A stretch of 63,934 nucleotides of DNA from a virus (Duplodnaviria; Caudoviricetes), in IMG/VR virus record IMGVR_UViG_3300036978_000814, positions 1 through 63,934 of that record; one strand, 5' to 3'. Within the stretch, counting starts at the first letter, position 1. Each line of letters starts with the position of its first letter. Made by a program: the position numbers and the translations under genes. This document shows positions 43,201 to 52,172 of the stretch, piece by piece. Under the pieces are notes generated by a model that saw nothing but the letters and a program-made list of their open reading frames with translations, did no database searches and had not been told where the DNA came from.

Positions 43201-45136
43201 CTTCGCGACGATGGACGGCACGTACGTGCCGGCGACCGCTCAAAGCGCCTACGAGCAGGCCGTGGAGGCCAAGGAAAGCGGCGACTGGGTCGAGATCGGG
43301 ATGAACCCGATCCGGCATTCGTACTTCTACGACAAGTCCGACCAGCGTCCCGTGGTGTCGGCCGAGGAAGTCATTCAGGTCGGCGGGCTGGTGCTGGGTC
43401 GCGGCGTGCAGTACGGCGAGAAGTCCGACCAGAAGTTCAGCCTCAGCGAGGAACCAGTTGAACAGCAGGTTGAAGAGACCGAAGAAGAGGTGGAGGAAAC
43501 CGATTCCAATCTGGTGACGGGCGACGAGGCTGAACGGGAACGGGACGACCTTCCCCCCACCAGCGCGCTCAACACGCTCTACTCGGAGAAGTCGTCCATT
43601 TCGCTGCCTGAGCAGGGCAAACGCACAAACGGTCAGGTCGCCGAGCAACTGCGCCAAGCGGCTCTTAAACATTGGGGCCGCAAGTTGGACTCCTCGAACC
43701 TCACCCCCGAAGAAACCGACGGCATCGTCGACAACGGTGTCGAGGAAGTGCTCGCCGGGCTCAAGGCCAGCAACCACGCGGGCAACTGGTACACCACCGC
43801 CATCCGCAAGGCGATGGCCATCGCTAGCGTGCTTCACCCGGAGTTGCGCGACGACACGCTGGCGCAGAAATCGGGTTTCAAGGACGCGAAAGCGGCCGAG
43901 GTCGGCCTTTCGCTCGCGATGGCGATCACGTCGCAAAACCTAAACGTCGAGAAGAACACCGAGTACGCCAACGAGCAGTTCCAGATTCTGAAGGAGACCG
44001 GCCGTTTCGACCCCTCCAAGGAGTACGGCAGCAAGATGGAGGCGATTTCCGGCAACCTCCAACTGGCGAATACCCTGCTGAACAAGGTCGGTTGGGACGG
44101 GGTCGAGCCGTTCTTGAACCGCGAGTACACGGTCAAGGAGTTGAACGAGATCGCTTCCGAGGTGCTGGGCCAAGAGGTCAGCATCGCCGGCAAAGTCGAT
44201 GACGTGGTCAACGGCTCCGCGATCTTTGGGCCCAAGATCGGCGGCGGCTTCTTCCAGAACCTGCGCGCCAACTTCAACCCAGTCACCGTCGATCTCTGGA
44301 TGCGCCGCACTTGGGGCCGCTGGACCGGCGACGTGCTTCCGGAGCCCTTGGACGCCCGCCGGCTGGCTCGTATGCTGGAAGGTATGCGCGAGTCCGGGAT
44401 TCAACTCCCGGAACAACTCCGCTCCATCCGCACGGTGCTCGCCACCGAAGGCCGCAAGGTGCCTACGCTGACCGAAAAAGCGGCGCAGCGCATCTTGTCC
44501 GATCCGGACAAGGTGAACGCCGCTTACGACTTCGCGGCAGAACAGGATTCACGCTGGAACAAGTTGTACAGCGAGGTCCGGCAGAACATCACGCCCGAAC
44601 AGGCCGAGGCGATTCGCGCCGGCGAGCTTTCGCTGGAGCAGCTCAACCGCCAGCAGCAGAAATCCCTCCGCGAGAAACGGGACGCTTGGCAGGCTGTGGA
44701 GGATCGTCCGTCCGGATCGTCCAAGGAAGGCCGCGACGCGCAGAAGAAGTTCTTCGAGGAGATGGACGCGAAAGCGGGCCGGACCGCCAAGCTGACGAAC
44801 AAGGAGCTGTCCAAGTTCAAACCCGAATGGGCCAAGTCCTCCCGGGTCATCACCACGCTGCTCAAGCCCGTGGACGTGCCCAGCGATCTGGACCGCCGGG
44901 TGATCGTCGATGTGGTCAACCGCATCCGGACCGAGTTGCAGAGCCGAGGCGTCAACGCCACTAACGCCGACATTCAGGCCATCCTGTGGTATCCGGAGAA
45001 GGACATCTGGGCCAAATTGGCTGGCAAAAAGGAGTCCAAGCTCAAATCCTCCTACGATGAAGAATTCCTCCGAGTCGCCGAAGCGCAGGGTCTTGGAAAC
45101 GAAGCCAGAGACGCCGCCGGACGAGTCGGCAATTGA
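40295..45136 (+). CDS. large multidomain (polyvalent-type) internal virion protein
   Basis: N-terminal ejection-like helices; zincin HEWAH...EEWIAE; C-terminal WY..AITSQN..GPKI..FFQNL..TVDLWM.R..QAILW HhH-glycosylase-like region. Confidence 0.7.
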   Translation: MANPFDVFDNPVTRGARDVGVAFSLGANGLVKMAGDLATLTTGKKTALSELAQKNIEYLQRQKSPELIAAEQEREAAVSAEENPVYQAWSYIKSTASNPLLAATSAAETAPSSVGAGALGAGARMAAGKLLAKKGSEFATKAGVATALGAGTAMQAADVGGDQFDELLKTLGGMDDDTAMQIPQVADLVQNKGSSIAEAKGAVALDLARKTAFGAGAVSAVSQLAPGGRTIERALVGGTKKAAGQTLGRTLLAGAKGAAGEATQESFEEAGGQVAKNILARPVEPERELTAGVGPAVGQAVMGAGALGGAAGIAQGTPSRPSPQPAPEGQTTAGKTGEAPASAATKNALAGAPEVALENSEGLTPEQFFAAVNIRQARLLGGEADPEDVRTAGEVPPPKTLIDPEEMRAAVDETQKALNDWKSQNPNAPENIVIVFDPEMLHNNYGIQGAFNPRDGSIFINSAFVAPENVGKIASHEWAHQTLATPEGQQAFADFVQREIPQGELDALATRYGTQDRRVLLEEWIAENQEKAPGVIERIVARIREWLAGVGIVDLSDAEAADIMLRTLRQRAENRIQPDTFEGMQPAEGERFSLSAEPKRISGVMASPSITDINYDRAKRNLTSANQARFKSQISEYAPEAEIFDAVGDWADGSENSVAAIFQDRKSGDELQRLAAQVGLAGDQKAVLWWRTEPEGADAIHEMVWPKSVSMDEARQAMIDVGLENRTLIQTPEGVRGFVFDQGRQNLNKIEALNEHETQPSLESSPAAGDFLGSWTSRAEGRRAYRRVLGSTPQAEAGAGELRSGEVGGVRDRGEPEARFSLTDRVAQGRDTVLATEAQKLKRGETTPAKYARKVEQRMPLRPFDEVPEPATDEDILRGLGNRMAGETLKRELKANPEDIEGQQVEARLDIPSYEDANVWTVTLHNPRERAGAAGKVLAYTPTAVLRDVTFTVNETAAMNVAAGARKSSFATMDGTYVPATAQSAYEQAVEAKESGDWVEIGMNPIRHSYFYDKSDQRPVVSAEEVIQVGGLVLGRGVQYGEKSDQKFSLSEEPVEQQVEETEEEVEETDSNLVTGDEAERERDDLPPTSALNTLYSEKSSISLPEQGKRTNGQVAEQLRQAALKHWGRKLDSSNLTPEETDGIVDNGVEEVLAGLKASNHAGNWYTTAIRKAMAIASVLHPELRDDTLAQKSGFKDAKAAEVGLSLAMAITSQNLNVEKNTEYANEQFQILKETGRFDPSKEYGSKMEAISGNLQLANTLLNKVGWDGVEPFLNREYTVKELNEIASEVLGQEVSIAGKVDDVVNGSAIFGPKIGGGFFQNLRANFNPVTVDLWMRRTWGRWTGDVLPEPLDARRLARMLEGMRESGIQLPEQLRSIRTVLATEGRKVPTLTEKAAQRILSDPDKVNAAYDFAAEQDSRWNKLYSEVRQNITPEQAEAIRAGELSLEQLNRQQQKSLREKRDAWQAVEDRPSGSSKEGRDAQKKFFEEMDAKAGRTAKLTNKELSKFKPEWAKSSRVITTLLKPVDVPSDLDRRVIVDVVNRIRTELQSRGVNATNADIQAILWYPEKDIWAKLAGKKESKLKSSYDEEFLRVAEAQGLGNEARDAAGRVGN

Positions 45137-45225
45137 GCCGCACACCCTGAGCGCCCGGATGTCCTCGGATCAGATCGACACCTTTGTCGATCGGCTCCTA
45201 AAGGCCGGGCGCCCGGGGAAGACCG

Positions 45226-46431
45226 TCAAACCCGATCGACGCGATGGGAAGCCGGGGCGTACCAGCCGGCTCCCCTTAGCTCGTTGAGCTGGCGGAAAGC
45301 CGAGTCGTACAGGCGCCCGCACCGCTCCAGAGAGTAACGGGTACGGGTCAGGGTCGCGCAGATGCCGCGGTCGATATCTTTGGATAGCTCGATCGCCTTG
45401 ATCCAATCGCCAAGGGTGTTGCACCGGTAGCCGGTCAGCCCTTCGCGCACCGTCTCGGTGAACGCGCCGTAATCGACCGAGATGAGCGGGGTGCCGCACA
45501 TCATCGATTCCACGCCGCTGCCGGCGAAAGGCTCGATGAAATTGGTCGGCATCAGCATACAACGCGCTTTGCCGATCAGGTCAGCGCGAGCCTTCCCGTG
45601 AACCGGGCCGACGTACTCGATGTCGAGGTGACGATCCTCCGGACGAGGATCGCTCAGGACGTGCTGCATCACCTCGGCTTCAAAATCGCCCTGACCCGCA
45701 AAGACGAACTTGGGCGGAACGGTGCCAGACTCGACGGCGCGCTTGGCGCACTCGCGGATGATCGCCGCGATCGTAGTCATCCCCTTGGGCGGGGTGATGC
45801 GGCCCATATACACCACGTAGTCGCCTGAGCCGTCGCCGACCGGCCAATCCTCAAGGTCGAAGTAGTTGGGGACGACCCAAGAGTAAAACCGGTTCTGCCC
45901 CGGCTCACCCTGCGGAACCGACGAGTCGTGATCCCAATGACCCCAATGGTAGTGGCGCCACGCCTGAGACTCGAAAATCCGCCACGCCCCGAACGGCTTG
46001 TCGGAGTAACCGATCCCGCTCTCGACGTGGACGCATTGGGGGAAGATCTTAACCAGTTGGTCGTGGGCGCGGCCGAACGGATGCAGGATGAAGTCGCCCG
46101 GCTTCACGCGCTTGGACAACTCGACGATCAGACGACTGTTGAAGGTGGGCCAGCCTCGCTCTCCGATCACGGCGTGGTCCCCGTGGAACTGAGTCTTGTT
46201 CGTACGCGAGTAATACTCCGCGAACTCGGCCGCGTTTAGGATGTGTACTGTCTCTTTAGCCGCCGGGTCATCGACGCTGCCCTCGTTGCAATAGCGAATC
46301 ACGTCCCAGCCGTAAGGCTGCATCATTTTGGCCCATCGGCGGCACTTTCCAGTAAACGCGCAATGGGAATACTCGTCGGTCAGCAGCGTGTGGAAACACG
46401 CCACCAGATGCATAGTGGGCAAGGCGGGCAT
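45226..46431 (-). CDS. GT-B family 4 glycosyltransferase
   Basis: YMGRI..PKG, EPFAGSGVESMMCGTP (EX7E), GAFTETV..G.TG. Confidence 0.9.
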   Translation of the reverse strand: MPALPTMHLVACFHTLLTDEYSHCAFTGKCRRWAKMMQPYGWDVIRYCNEGSVDDPAAKETVHILNAAEFAEYYSRTNKTQFHGDHAVIGERGWPTFNSRLIVELSKRVKPGDFILHPFGRAHDQLVKIFPQCVHVESGIGYSDKPFGAWRIFESQAWRHYHWGHWDHDSSVPQGEPGQNRFYSWVVPNYFDLEDWPVGDGSGDYVVYMGRITPPKGMTTIAAIIRECAKRAVESGTVPPKFVFAGQGDFEAEVMQHVLSDPRPEDRHLDIEYVGPVHGKARADLIGKARCMLMPTNFIEPFAGSGVESMMCGTPLISVDYGAFTETVREGLTGYRCNTLGDWIKAIELSKDIDRGICATLTRTRYSLERCGRLYDSAFRQLNELRGAGWYAPASHRVDRV

Positions 46432-46510
46432 AAGGTCGGATATCCTCATAAGATTATGGCGGTCAAGTATCTTCTTGCCGACCCCCAAGCGAGAATCAAA
46501 CTGAAGCACG

Positions 46511-46693
46511 ATGAACGCTACCACTATTGCTGCCGTCGTGCGGCATCTCCTCGGCATTGCGGGCGGTTGGCTGTTGGCGAAGGGTGTTTCCCTCGACGCG
46601 GGCACCATCGAGACGATCTCTGGTGCTCTTGGCTCCCTCATCGCGGTCGGCTGGTCTCTGTACTCGAAGCAGAAGCCAAAGGATGCTGCCTAA
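46511..46693 (+). CDS. putative holin (two TM helices, Pam3 gp28-like)
   Basis: VRHLL...GG.L...G.....GAL..L..VGWS...K. Confidence 0.65.
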   Translation: MNATTIAAVVRHLLGIAGGWLLAKGVSLDAGTIETISGALGSLIAVGWSLYSKQKPKDAA

Positions 46694-46925
46694 CCTCGTC
46701 GGGCTCATCCTCGCTCTGGCGAAACTGGCGCCGTTCCTGAACCGATTACTGGACGCGATCGAAAATGAACGGGCCGAGCGTAACCGGAAGCGGCTGTATG
46801 GGCTTATCGATGACGCAGTCGCTGATGCAAAGCGCGCTCCTCGCGATTGTCCTTTCAGCGACTGTCCTCTCCATCGGGTGCGTGAGCCGGCCCAGCCGGG
46901 TGGAGGCGCTGCTCAAACATCCTGA
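46683..46925 (+). CDS. putative inner-membrane spanin (Rz-like)
   Basis: Hydrophobic N-terminus then charged helix; overlapped by a lipoprotein ORF. Confidence 0.45.
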   Translation: MLPNLVGLILALAKLAPFLNRLLDAIENERAERNRKRLYGLIDDAVADAKRAPRDCPFSDCPLHRVREPAQPGGGAAQTS

Positions 46926-47007
46926 GTTCCGCGCCGCGGCGCAATACGCGCCAGAGTTTACAACCGCCGTGCTCAAAGCGGTTGTAGACGCGGAACACGG
47001 ACGATGA
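46825..47007 (+). CDS. putative lipoprotein / outer-membrane spanin (Rz1-like)
   Basis: MQSALLAIVLSATVLSIG-C lipobox-like signal in an overlapping frame. Confidence 0.5.
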   Translation: MQSALLAIVLSATVLSIGCVSRPSRVEALLKHPEFRAAAQYAPEFTTAVLKAVVDAEHGR

Positions 47008-47255
47008 CCGACCCAATGTCAGCCTTCGATCCACACTCCACCGACGCGATGTTCGCGAAGGTGCTGGCGAAATTAGAAGAGCAGGCGGCGATGCTCGCGG
47101 AGATCAGGGAGAACGGCAGGCTGACCGAGATCGAGATCGCGAACCTCAAAAGTTGGCGCGACACGTTTGAGGGGAAGGTCACGGTCATCGCGGCAAGCAC
47201 CAGTTTTGTCATTGGTCTGGTTGTCAGCGCAGTTGTAAGTTGGCTTAGAAAATGA
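47004..47255 (+). CDS. small coiled-coil protein with C-terminal TM helix (lysis-associated?)
   Basis: Coiled coil followed by VTVIAASTSFVIGLVVSAVVSWL. Confidence 0.6.
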   Translation: MTDPMSAFDPHSTDAMFAKVLAKLEEQAAMLAEIRENGRLTEIEIANLKSWRDTFEGKVTVIAASTSFVIGLVVSAVVSWLRK

Positions 47256-47662
47256 ACCTCCCCGAACTCGCCATCGCTCTCCGCGCCTCGCAACTCTACG
47301 CCCATCAGGCCCACAACCTGACCACGGGCTGCAACTTTCAACAGGACCACGAGACTTTTGGCGCGTTCTACGAGGCTTACGAAAAGGCTTACGATGACGT
47401 GGTGGAGCGAGTCATCGGCCTGACCGGCACCTGCGACATCACCGCGATCACCAAGTCCGCGTGCGACGTGGTCGAGAAGAGCAAATTCCGCGACGCCAAG
47501 ACCGCTTACTCGGTCCTGCTGGCGACGGAGAAGTCGCTCCTGACCATCTGCGACTCCGCAAACAAGAAGGCATCGCTCGGTACGCAGAACCTGATTCAGG
47601 CAATCGCGGACGATTCGGAGAAGCGGATGTACCTCATCCAGCGGCGGCTGAAGGACAACTGA
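47252..47662 (+). CDS. Dps/ferritin-like protein
   Basis: H..H...G..F...HE.FG..YE......D.V.ER ferroxidase-type pattern. Confidence 0.75.
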   Translation: MNLPELAIALRASQLYAHQAHNLTTGCNFQQDHETFGAFYEAYEKAYDDVVERVIGLTGTCDITAITKSACDVVEKSKFRDAKTAYSVLLATEKSLLTICDSANKKASLGTQNLIQAIADDSEKRMYLIQRRLKDN

Positions 47663-48968
47663 CCATTTTGCGGTAGTTGGCCATCACGCGCAGCATCTCG
47701 TGCTGGGCGTCCCCCCGTTCCCGTAGCGTTTCGACAATAGCCTCGTCGATCGTGCCCTTGGCGAGAATGCGATAAATCAGAGGTTGTTGGGTTTGGCCCT
47801 TGCGGGCCAACCGGGCGTTGAACTGGTCGTACAACTCGCGCGACCACGTCGGGGAGTACCAGACGATGATGCGACCGCCCTGTTGCAGGTTAAGACCGTG
47901 ACCCATCGAGCGCGGATCGGCCACCAGCATCGGAATTTGGCCGGTATTCCACGCCTTTTCGATATCCCCCTTAAACTTCGCCGCGTCCACCGCGCCGGGG
48001 ATGGCGGCGCAAATGCGCTCGCGCTCGTGAACGTAGTTGGACGCCACCAGTAGTGGCTCCTTCAAGTCCCTCACGAGTTTCTCCAGCCAAACGATCTTGC
48101 CGTCGTGGATTTCGGCCACGGTCCGGTCGTCGTTGTAGGCGTTGCCGCCGGCCATCTGGTGCAGTTTGCCGGCCAATACGGCGGCGTTGCGGGCCACCAC
48201 CTCACCTGAGTCGGTCTGCACCAGAAACTCCTCCTCTAGCTCCTTGTAGGCGTCTTGCGCGACCGGCGACATAGTGATCTCGATGTCCTCCAGCACGGTG
48301 TCGGCTACGTCGAGGTAGTCGGAGCTACGCAGGGTCACGGTCAGGTCGCTGATCTTGTCATAGACCTTCGACTCCGCGGTAGGCTTGGGGGCCCAATTGT
48401 ACCGCATATAATCGGTTGGGTAGAAGTAGGTGTCCCGGTAGCCGTTAAAGCTCCGGCCCAGCCGAGCACCGTCGTCCAGTAACCGGATCTGCCCAAACAA
48501 CTCCAAGAGCGAGTTGGGCCGAGGCGTGCCGGTCAGGCCCCAACGCATCTGGTCCCCGAACAAAGGACGCAGGGCGTTGATCCGTTTGCTCTGGGGATTC
48601 TTGGCCTTGGTGATCTCGTCGAAAACCACCACGTCGCAGAAATCGAGGCTCCGCAGCCGGTCCAAACGGTCGTAGTTGATCAAGTAAATCTGGGCGTCGC
48701 CGGAAGGATCGCCGTCCATCAAGTGTTCGATCTTCATCCACTTGAATTGGTCCCACTTCTCGATCTCGTTGGGCCACGTCATCCGGGCCACGCGCTTGGG
48801 CGCCACGATCAGCGCAGACCCGATTGCGCCCTCTTGAAACAAGGTGTTGAGCGCGGAGAGGGTCGAGGCGGTCTTGCCCAAACCCAGCCCCACAGATGCG
48901 TAAGCGCGGTCGTTCGCCAGCAGGTGATCGACCATCTGCTGCTGGTACGGCTCCAGCTTGAGCTTCAT
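47634..48968 (-). CDS. SNF2-family helicase
   Basis: GLGLGKT, VVFDEIT, LTGTP, GHGLNLQ, QFNARLARKGQ. Confidence 0.92.
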   Translation of the reverse strand: MKLKLEPYQQQMVDHLLANDRAYASVGLGLGKTASTLSALNTLFQEGAIGSALIVAPKRVARMTWPNEIEKWDQFKWMKIEHLMDGDPSGDAQIYLINYDRLDRLRSLDFCDVVVFDEITKAKNPQSKRINALRPLFGDQMRWGLTGTPRPNSLLELFGQIRLLDDGARLGRSFNGYRDTYFYPTDYMRYNWAPKPTAESKVYDKISDLTVTLRSSDYLDVADTVLEDIEITMSPVAQDAYKELEEEFLVQTDSGEVVARNAAVLAGKLHQMAGGNAYNDDRTVAEIHDGKIVWLEKLVRDLKEPLLVASNYVHERERICAAIPGAVDAAKFKGDIEKAWNTGQIPMLVADPRSMGHGLNLQQGGRIIVWYSPTWSRELYDQFNARLARKGQTQQPLIYRILAKGTIDEAIVETLRERGDAQHEMLRVMANYRKMVSCPSAAAG

Positions 48969-49276
48969 CGGAACAAGCGCCCAACGATGCTGGCCCAAAC
49001 CCGTTGGAACCAATTGAGCTGCGGCTCGGCCGGGGGATTGCTGATCCATTTCGAGCGCACGGTGCCGCGTTGATGTTCCTCAAGGTACCTCGTACCTTCG
49101 CGCACGTTGAACCAGATCGCGGTGTAGCGGGAACCGGTTTTTTGCAAACGACAGCCTTGTATGCGGCCTTCGTAAGCTGCGGTGCGGAGAACGTTTTTGT
49201 GTGAACGTTCCATCCTGATGGTTGATAGAGGGACGTATCCCTCGGGGATTTCGCTGACGTTATTATAGGTTTTCAT
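48965..49276 (-). CDS. hypothetical protein
   Basis: ATGA overlaps at both ends; lower GC. Confidence 0.6.
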   Translation of the reverse strand: MKTYNNVSEIPEGYVPLSTIRMERSHKNVLRTAAYEGRIQGCRLQKTGSRYTAIWFNVREGTRYLEEHQRGTVRSKWISNPPAEPQLNWFQRVWASIVGRLFR

Positions 49277-49554
49277 CGCGGGCAAAATTGAGTGAGGAGG
49301 GCCACGATCTCGTCGTAGTCGTCGCCCCAACGGACGTTGCAACCAACAGCGCGGAGGCGCTCCATCTCGTGCAACTGCAACGCGGTCGGTTTAGCTCCGC
49401 GCTGCTTAAACTCTAAAAACAGGATGCTTCCCCCCGGGCAGATCACGATACGATCGGGCACGCCTCGGGAGGAGGGTGAGGTGAACTTGTAAGTGAGCAG
49501 GCCGTGCCGCCTGCACCACTCAACTACTTTGTGTTCCAGCTCCGCTTCCTTCAT
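49273..49554 (-). CDS. VRR-NUC domain nuclease
   Basis: E..LE...GVPDR....FLEFK..G.KPT.LQ. Confidence 0.9.
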   Translation of the reverse strand: MKEAELEHKVVEWCRRHGLLTYKFTSPSSRGVPDRIVICPGGSILFLEFKQRGAKPTALQLHEMERLRAVGCNVRWGDDYDEIVALLTQFCPR

Positions 49555-49708
49555 CGGGCTTTTCAAAAACCCAAATGCCGGTGGGCTTGGGTTGTAGGTC
49601 AAACTTCTTGGAGCTGTATTTGAGAGCCTTGGCGTGCGCCTCCTCCGGAGAGTTGGCGCGCACCTCGACTGCACCAATGATGTTGGCGGCGATATAGTAT
49701 TTTTTCAT
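49520..49708 (-). CDS. hypothetical protein
   Basis: VEVRANSPEEA pattern; ATGA overlap with the upstream gene. Confidence 0.55.
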   Translation of the reverse strand: MKKYYIAANIIGAVEVRANSPEEAHAKALKYSSKKFDLQPKPTGIWVFEKPDEGSGAGTQSS

Positions 49709-49971
49709 ACAACGAGTTTCTGGATGCGCTCGCGGATGCGGACCTTCTCCAGCTTGGAGATGCGGGCGATCAAACGATCGATGATCGTCATCCTGCGCGC
49801 ACCCATCAGCTCGATCAGCACCAGCCGGCGCAGGTCCGGCTCGTTGATGCCGAGCAACAGCATTTCGTTTAACTTGTTCCAACCGGCGAGGTGGATGGAC
49901 AGGCGTTGTTTGTCCTTGTCCGACACCTCGACCGGCTGGTCGAAGATTTGGTATCTCTGGTGTATCTTCAT
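49705..49971 (-). CDS. hypothetical protein
   Basis: Translationally coupled to the polymerase stop. Confidence 0.7.
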   Translation of the reverse strand: MKIHQRYQIFDQPVEVSDKDKQRLSIHLAGWNKLNEMLLLGINEPDLRRLVLIELMGARRMTIIDRLIARISKLEKVRIRERIQKLVV

Positions 49972-51908
49972 TTGCTATAGAACGGTGCGATCTTGGCCTC
50001 GACCTTGAGGGGCAGGCCCTTAGCCCACGCGGGCACGTCGGCCAGCGCGGCGGCGAACTCCTCGGCGGTCTTGCCGTCCCGACGGATCGCCAGCCCTTGG
50101 TCGTGGATCAGCGCAAACGGAAGCATCCCGCGGGCCTCGGCGACACGGGCGCCGTGAGACATCACGTCGGCCGCGACAGCCTGACTTGCGTTTTCCGCAA
50201 GTTTCCCCCCGTAGAGTTTAATGCGCCCAGCCTGCTGAGACATCGGCAACTGACCCCAGTAAGTGAGCTGCTCGCCAAACTGAGGATCGGTGCCGATCTG
50301 CGGGTCGCGGTAGGCCAGAGTGCGGCCCGACGGCAGCGTGAAAAACAAGTACGGGCACCCCGCGGTCTCCTCGACGTGGAACGAGCCGACTCGGTTGCCG
50401 CGGTTCTTCACCGCGCTCATCGCGTCCTGATTGAGTTTGCGCCAGTACGCGGTGATGGCGGGGTGAGCGTCGCGGTACATCGACACGGCGCGCTCGGCCA
50501 GAGCGGCATCGCACGCCACCCCGAACAGCTCGCAGGTCGACAGGAACTTGGCGGAGCCCATCCCGTATCCGCAGCCCAGAATGGTGCGCTTGCCCATATC
50601 ACGTTGGTCCCCGTTCACCGCGGCAGGGGCCACGCTGTAGATGAGCGAGGCCATCCGTCGGTACTGATCGATCCCCTTGGCCCACATCTCCAGCGCATCC
50701 TTCTGGCCGGCGAGCCAGCAGATCACGCGGGCCTCGATAGCATTGTAATCAGCGTCGAGCATCTCGGACCCGGGCAACTGAATGAAATGCCGAATACACG
50801 ATGCCAGCACCTCCACGGGGTCACCGTAAACGGAGTCGAGGCCCTTGGCGGTGCCGCCGTTGCAGACGTAGCGGTACGCGGGCTTGGCGATCGGGCGCAT
50901 CTCCGGCGTCGCCTTCTTGGCGTTCTGGATTTGCGGACCACCAGCGGACCAGCGTCCGGTGCCGGCGCCGTAGAATTTCATCACCCCGCGCATCCGCGCG
51001 TCGGGCATCGACCACTCCAGCATAGTGTCGATCTTCTTGGTCGCGGCGTAGGAGAGCTGACGGTACAGGCCGATGACGCGGCCCAGCGGGTCGGGCAGTC
51101 GCGACGTGTCGAGGGCCTCCAGAGTGCCGGCCTGCATATCCTCGATCTCCGCGCCCCGGGCGCGCAGCCAGTCCAGCACCTTGGCGCGCTGGGTGATTTG
51201 CAATCCGGTCAGGGCCTTGAATTCGCCAGAGGCGGACGCGGTCACCTCGGCGACGATCGCGGAGGCGTTACGCAGCGCAGCGTGGTTCACCGGGATGCCC
51301 TCGGCGTTCATCCTCTGCGTGAATAAATACGTTTCCAGCAAGCCGCCCCGCAGGTCGAAACGCGCCCGCAGCATCCGGTGAATCTCCTTCTCGGCGCGCA
51401 CGTCCTGCCGGCAATATTCGCAGAACTGAGCCCACTTCTCGCGATGGTCGCGAGGCTCGTTGAACTGGCCGTCCTCCCGCGGAATCGAGAACAAGCGGAT
51501 CAGGGCTTTGCCCTTGGCATCCTTCTTGGCGTCGATGCCGAGGGCATTGCCGGCCTTCTCCAGCGAGTCGGGCAGGCCGGCCATCCGGGCCATCGCCTGC
51601 GTGCATCTCCAAGCCTCCAGCGGCACGGCAGGCACGAACTTGGTGCCCTCCAGCACGGGCTGCTCGAACGGAGCGTTGAACGCACGCACCTCGGTCGCCT
51701 GAGCCAGCAGCTCCAAAGCCTCGGGATCGCTCTCGACGCCCGCGTCGCGGAATAACGGATTTACCCAAAGCCATACCGGCGCGTCGTGCGCGGCCTCGGA
51801 GACCGCGGCCATCAGCACCTGCGTGCTGGGGTCGCACCCGTAACGGTACGCCCCGCACGCGGGCAGGTCCGCGGAGGACCGCGTCTCAATGTCGATGTGG
51901 ACGATCAT
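49968..51908 (-). CDS. family A DNA polymerase with 3'-5' exonuclease (phage type)
   Basis: DIET ExoI, GAGTGRWS, DYNAIEARV, R..GK..ILG.GYG, IHDQ. Confidence 0.92.
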   Translation of the reverse strand: MIVHIDIETRSSADLPACGAYRYGCDPSTQVLMAAVSEAAHDAPVWLWVNPLFRDAGVESDPEALELLAQATEVRAFNAPFEQPVLEGTKFVPAVPLEAWRCTQAMARMAGLPDSLEKAGNALGIDAKKDAKGKALIRLFSIPREDGQFNEPRDHREKWAQFCEYCRQDVRAEKEIHRMLRARFDLRGGLLETYLFTQRMNAEGIPVNHAALRNASAIVAEVTASASGEFKALTGLQITQRAKVLDWLRARGAEIEDMQAGTLEALDTSRLPDPLGRVIGLYRQLSYAATKKIDTMLEWSMPDARMRGVMKFYGAGTGRWSAGGPQIQNAKKATPEMRPIAKPAYRYVCNGGTAKGLDSVYGDPVEVLASCIRHFIQLPGSEMLDADYNAIEARVICWLAGQKDALEMWAKGIDQYRRMASLIYSVAPAAVNGDQRDMGKRTILGCGYGMGSAKFLSTCELFGVACDAALAERAVSMYRDAHPAITAYWRKLNQDAMSAVKNRGNRVGSFHVEETAGCPYLFFTLPSGRTLAYRDPQIGTDPQFGEQLTYWGQLPMSQQAGRIKLYGGKLAENASQAVAADVMSHGARVAEARGMLPFALIHDQGLAIRRDGKTAEEFAAALADVPAWAKGLPLKVEAKIAPFYSK

Positions 51909-52108
51909 CCTACTAAGCGCAGTCTCTGATTTTCGTCGTGCAGTTGCTTGATCAACTTCAACAAAAACGTCCGGCTTTTCATACCCAAGTTGGGCGGTAA
52001 CCCGCCGTTTCGTTTCCGCAAAAACTCAGTCGCAGCCTGATGGGCCAAAGTACCTGTCCCTCGTTTAACGGTTTCCGGACCAACGTCCGTAGTTTTCCAA
52101 TGTTTCAT
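51905..52108 (-). CDS. hypothetical protein
   Basis: ORF overlapping the polymerase start; AT-richer; start uncertain. Confidence 0.45.
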   Translation of the reverse strand: MKHWKTTDVGPETVKRGTGTLAHQAATEFLRKRNGGLPPNLGMKSRTFLLKLIKQLHDENQRLRLVG

Positions 52109-52172
52109 CAAAAAGTGGGCCACCACTAACGCAGGTTGCCCAGTCTCGGTATGACAACAACAACACCTATCC

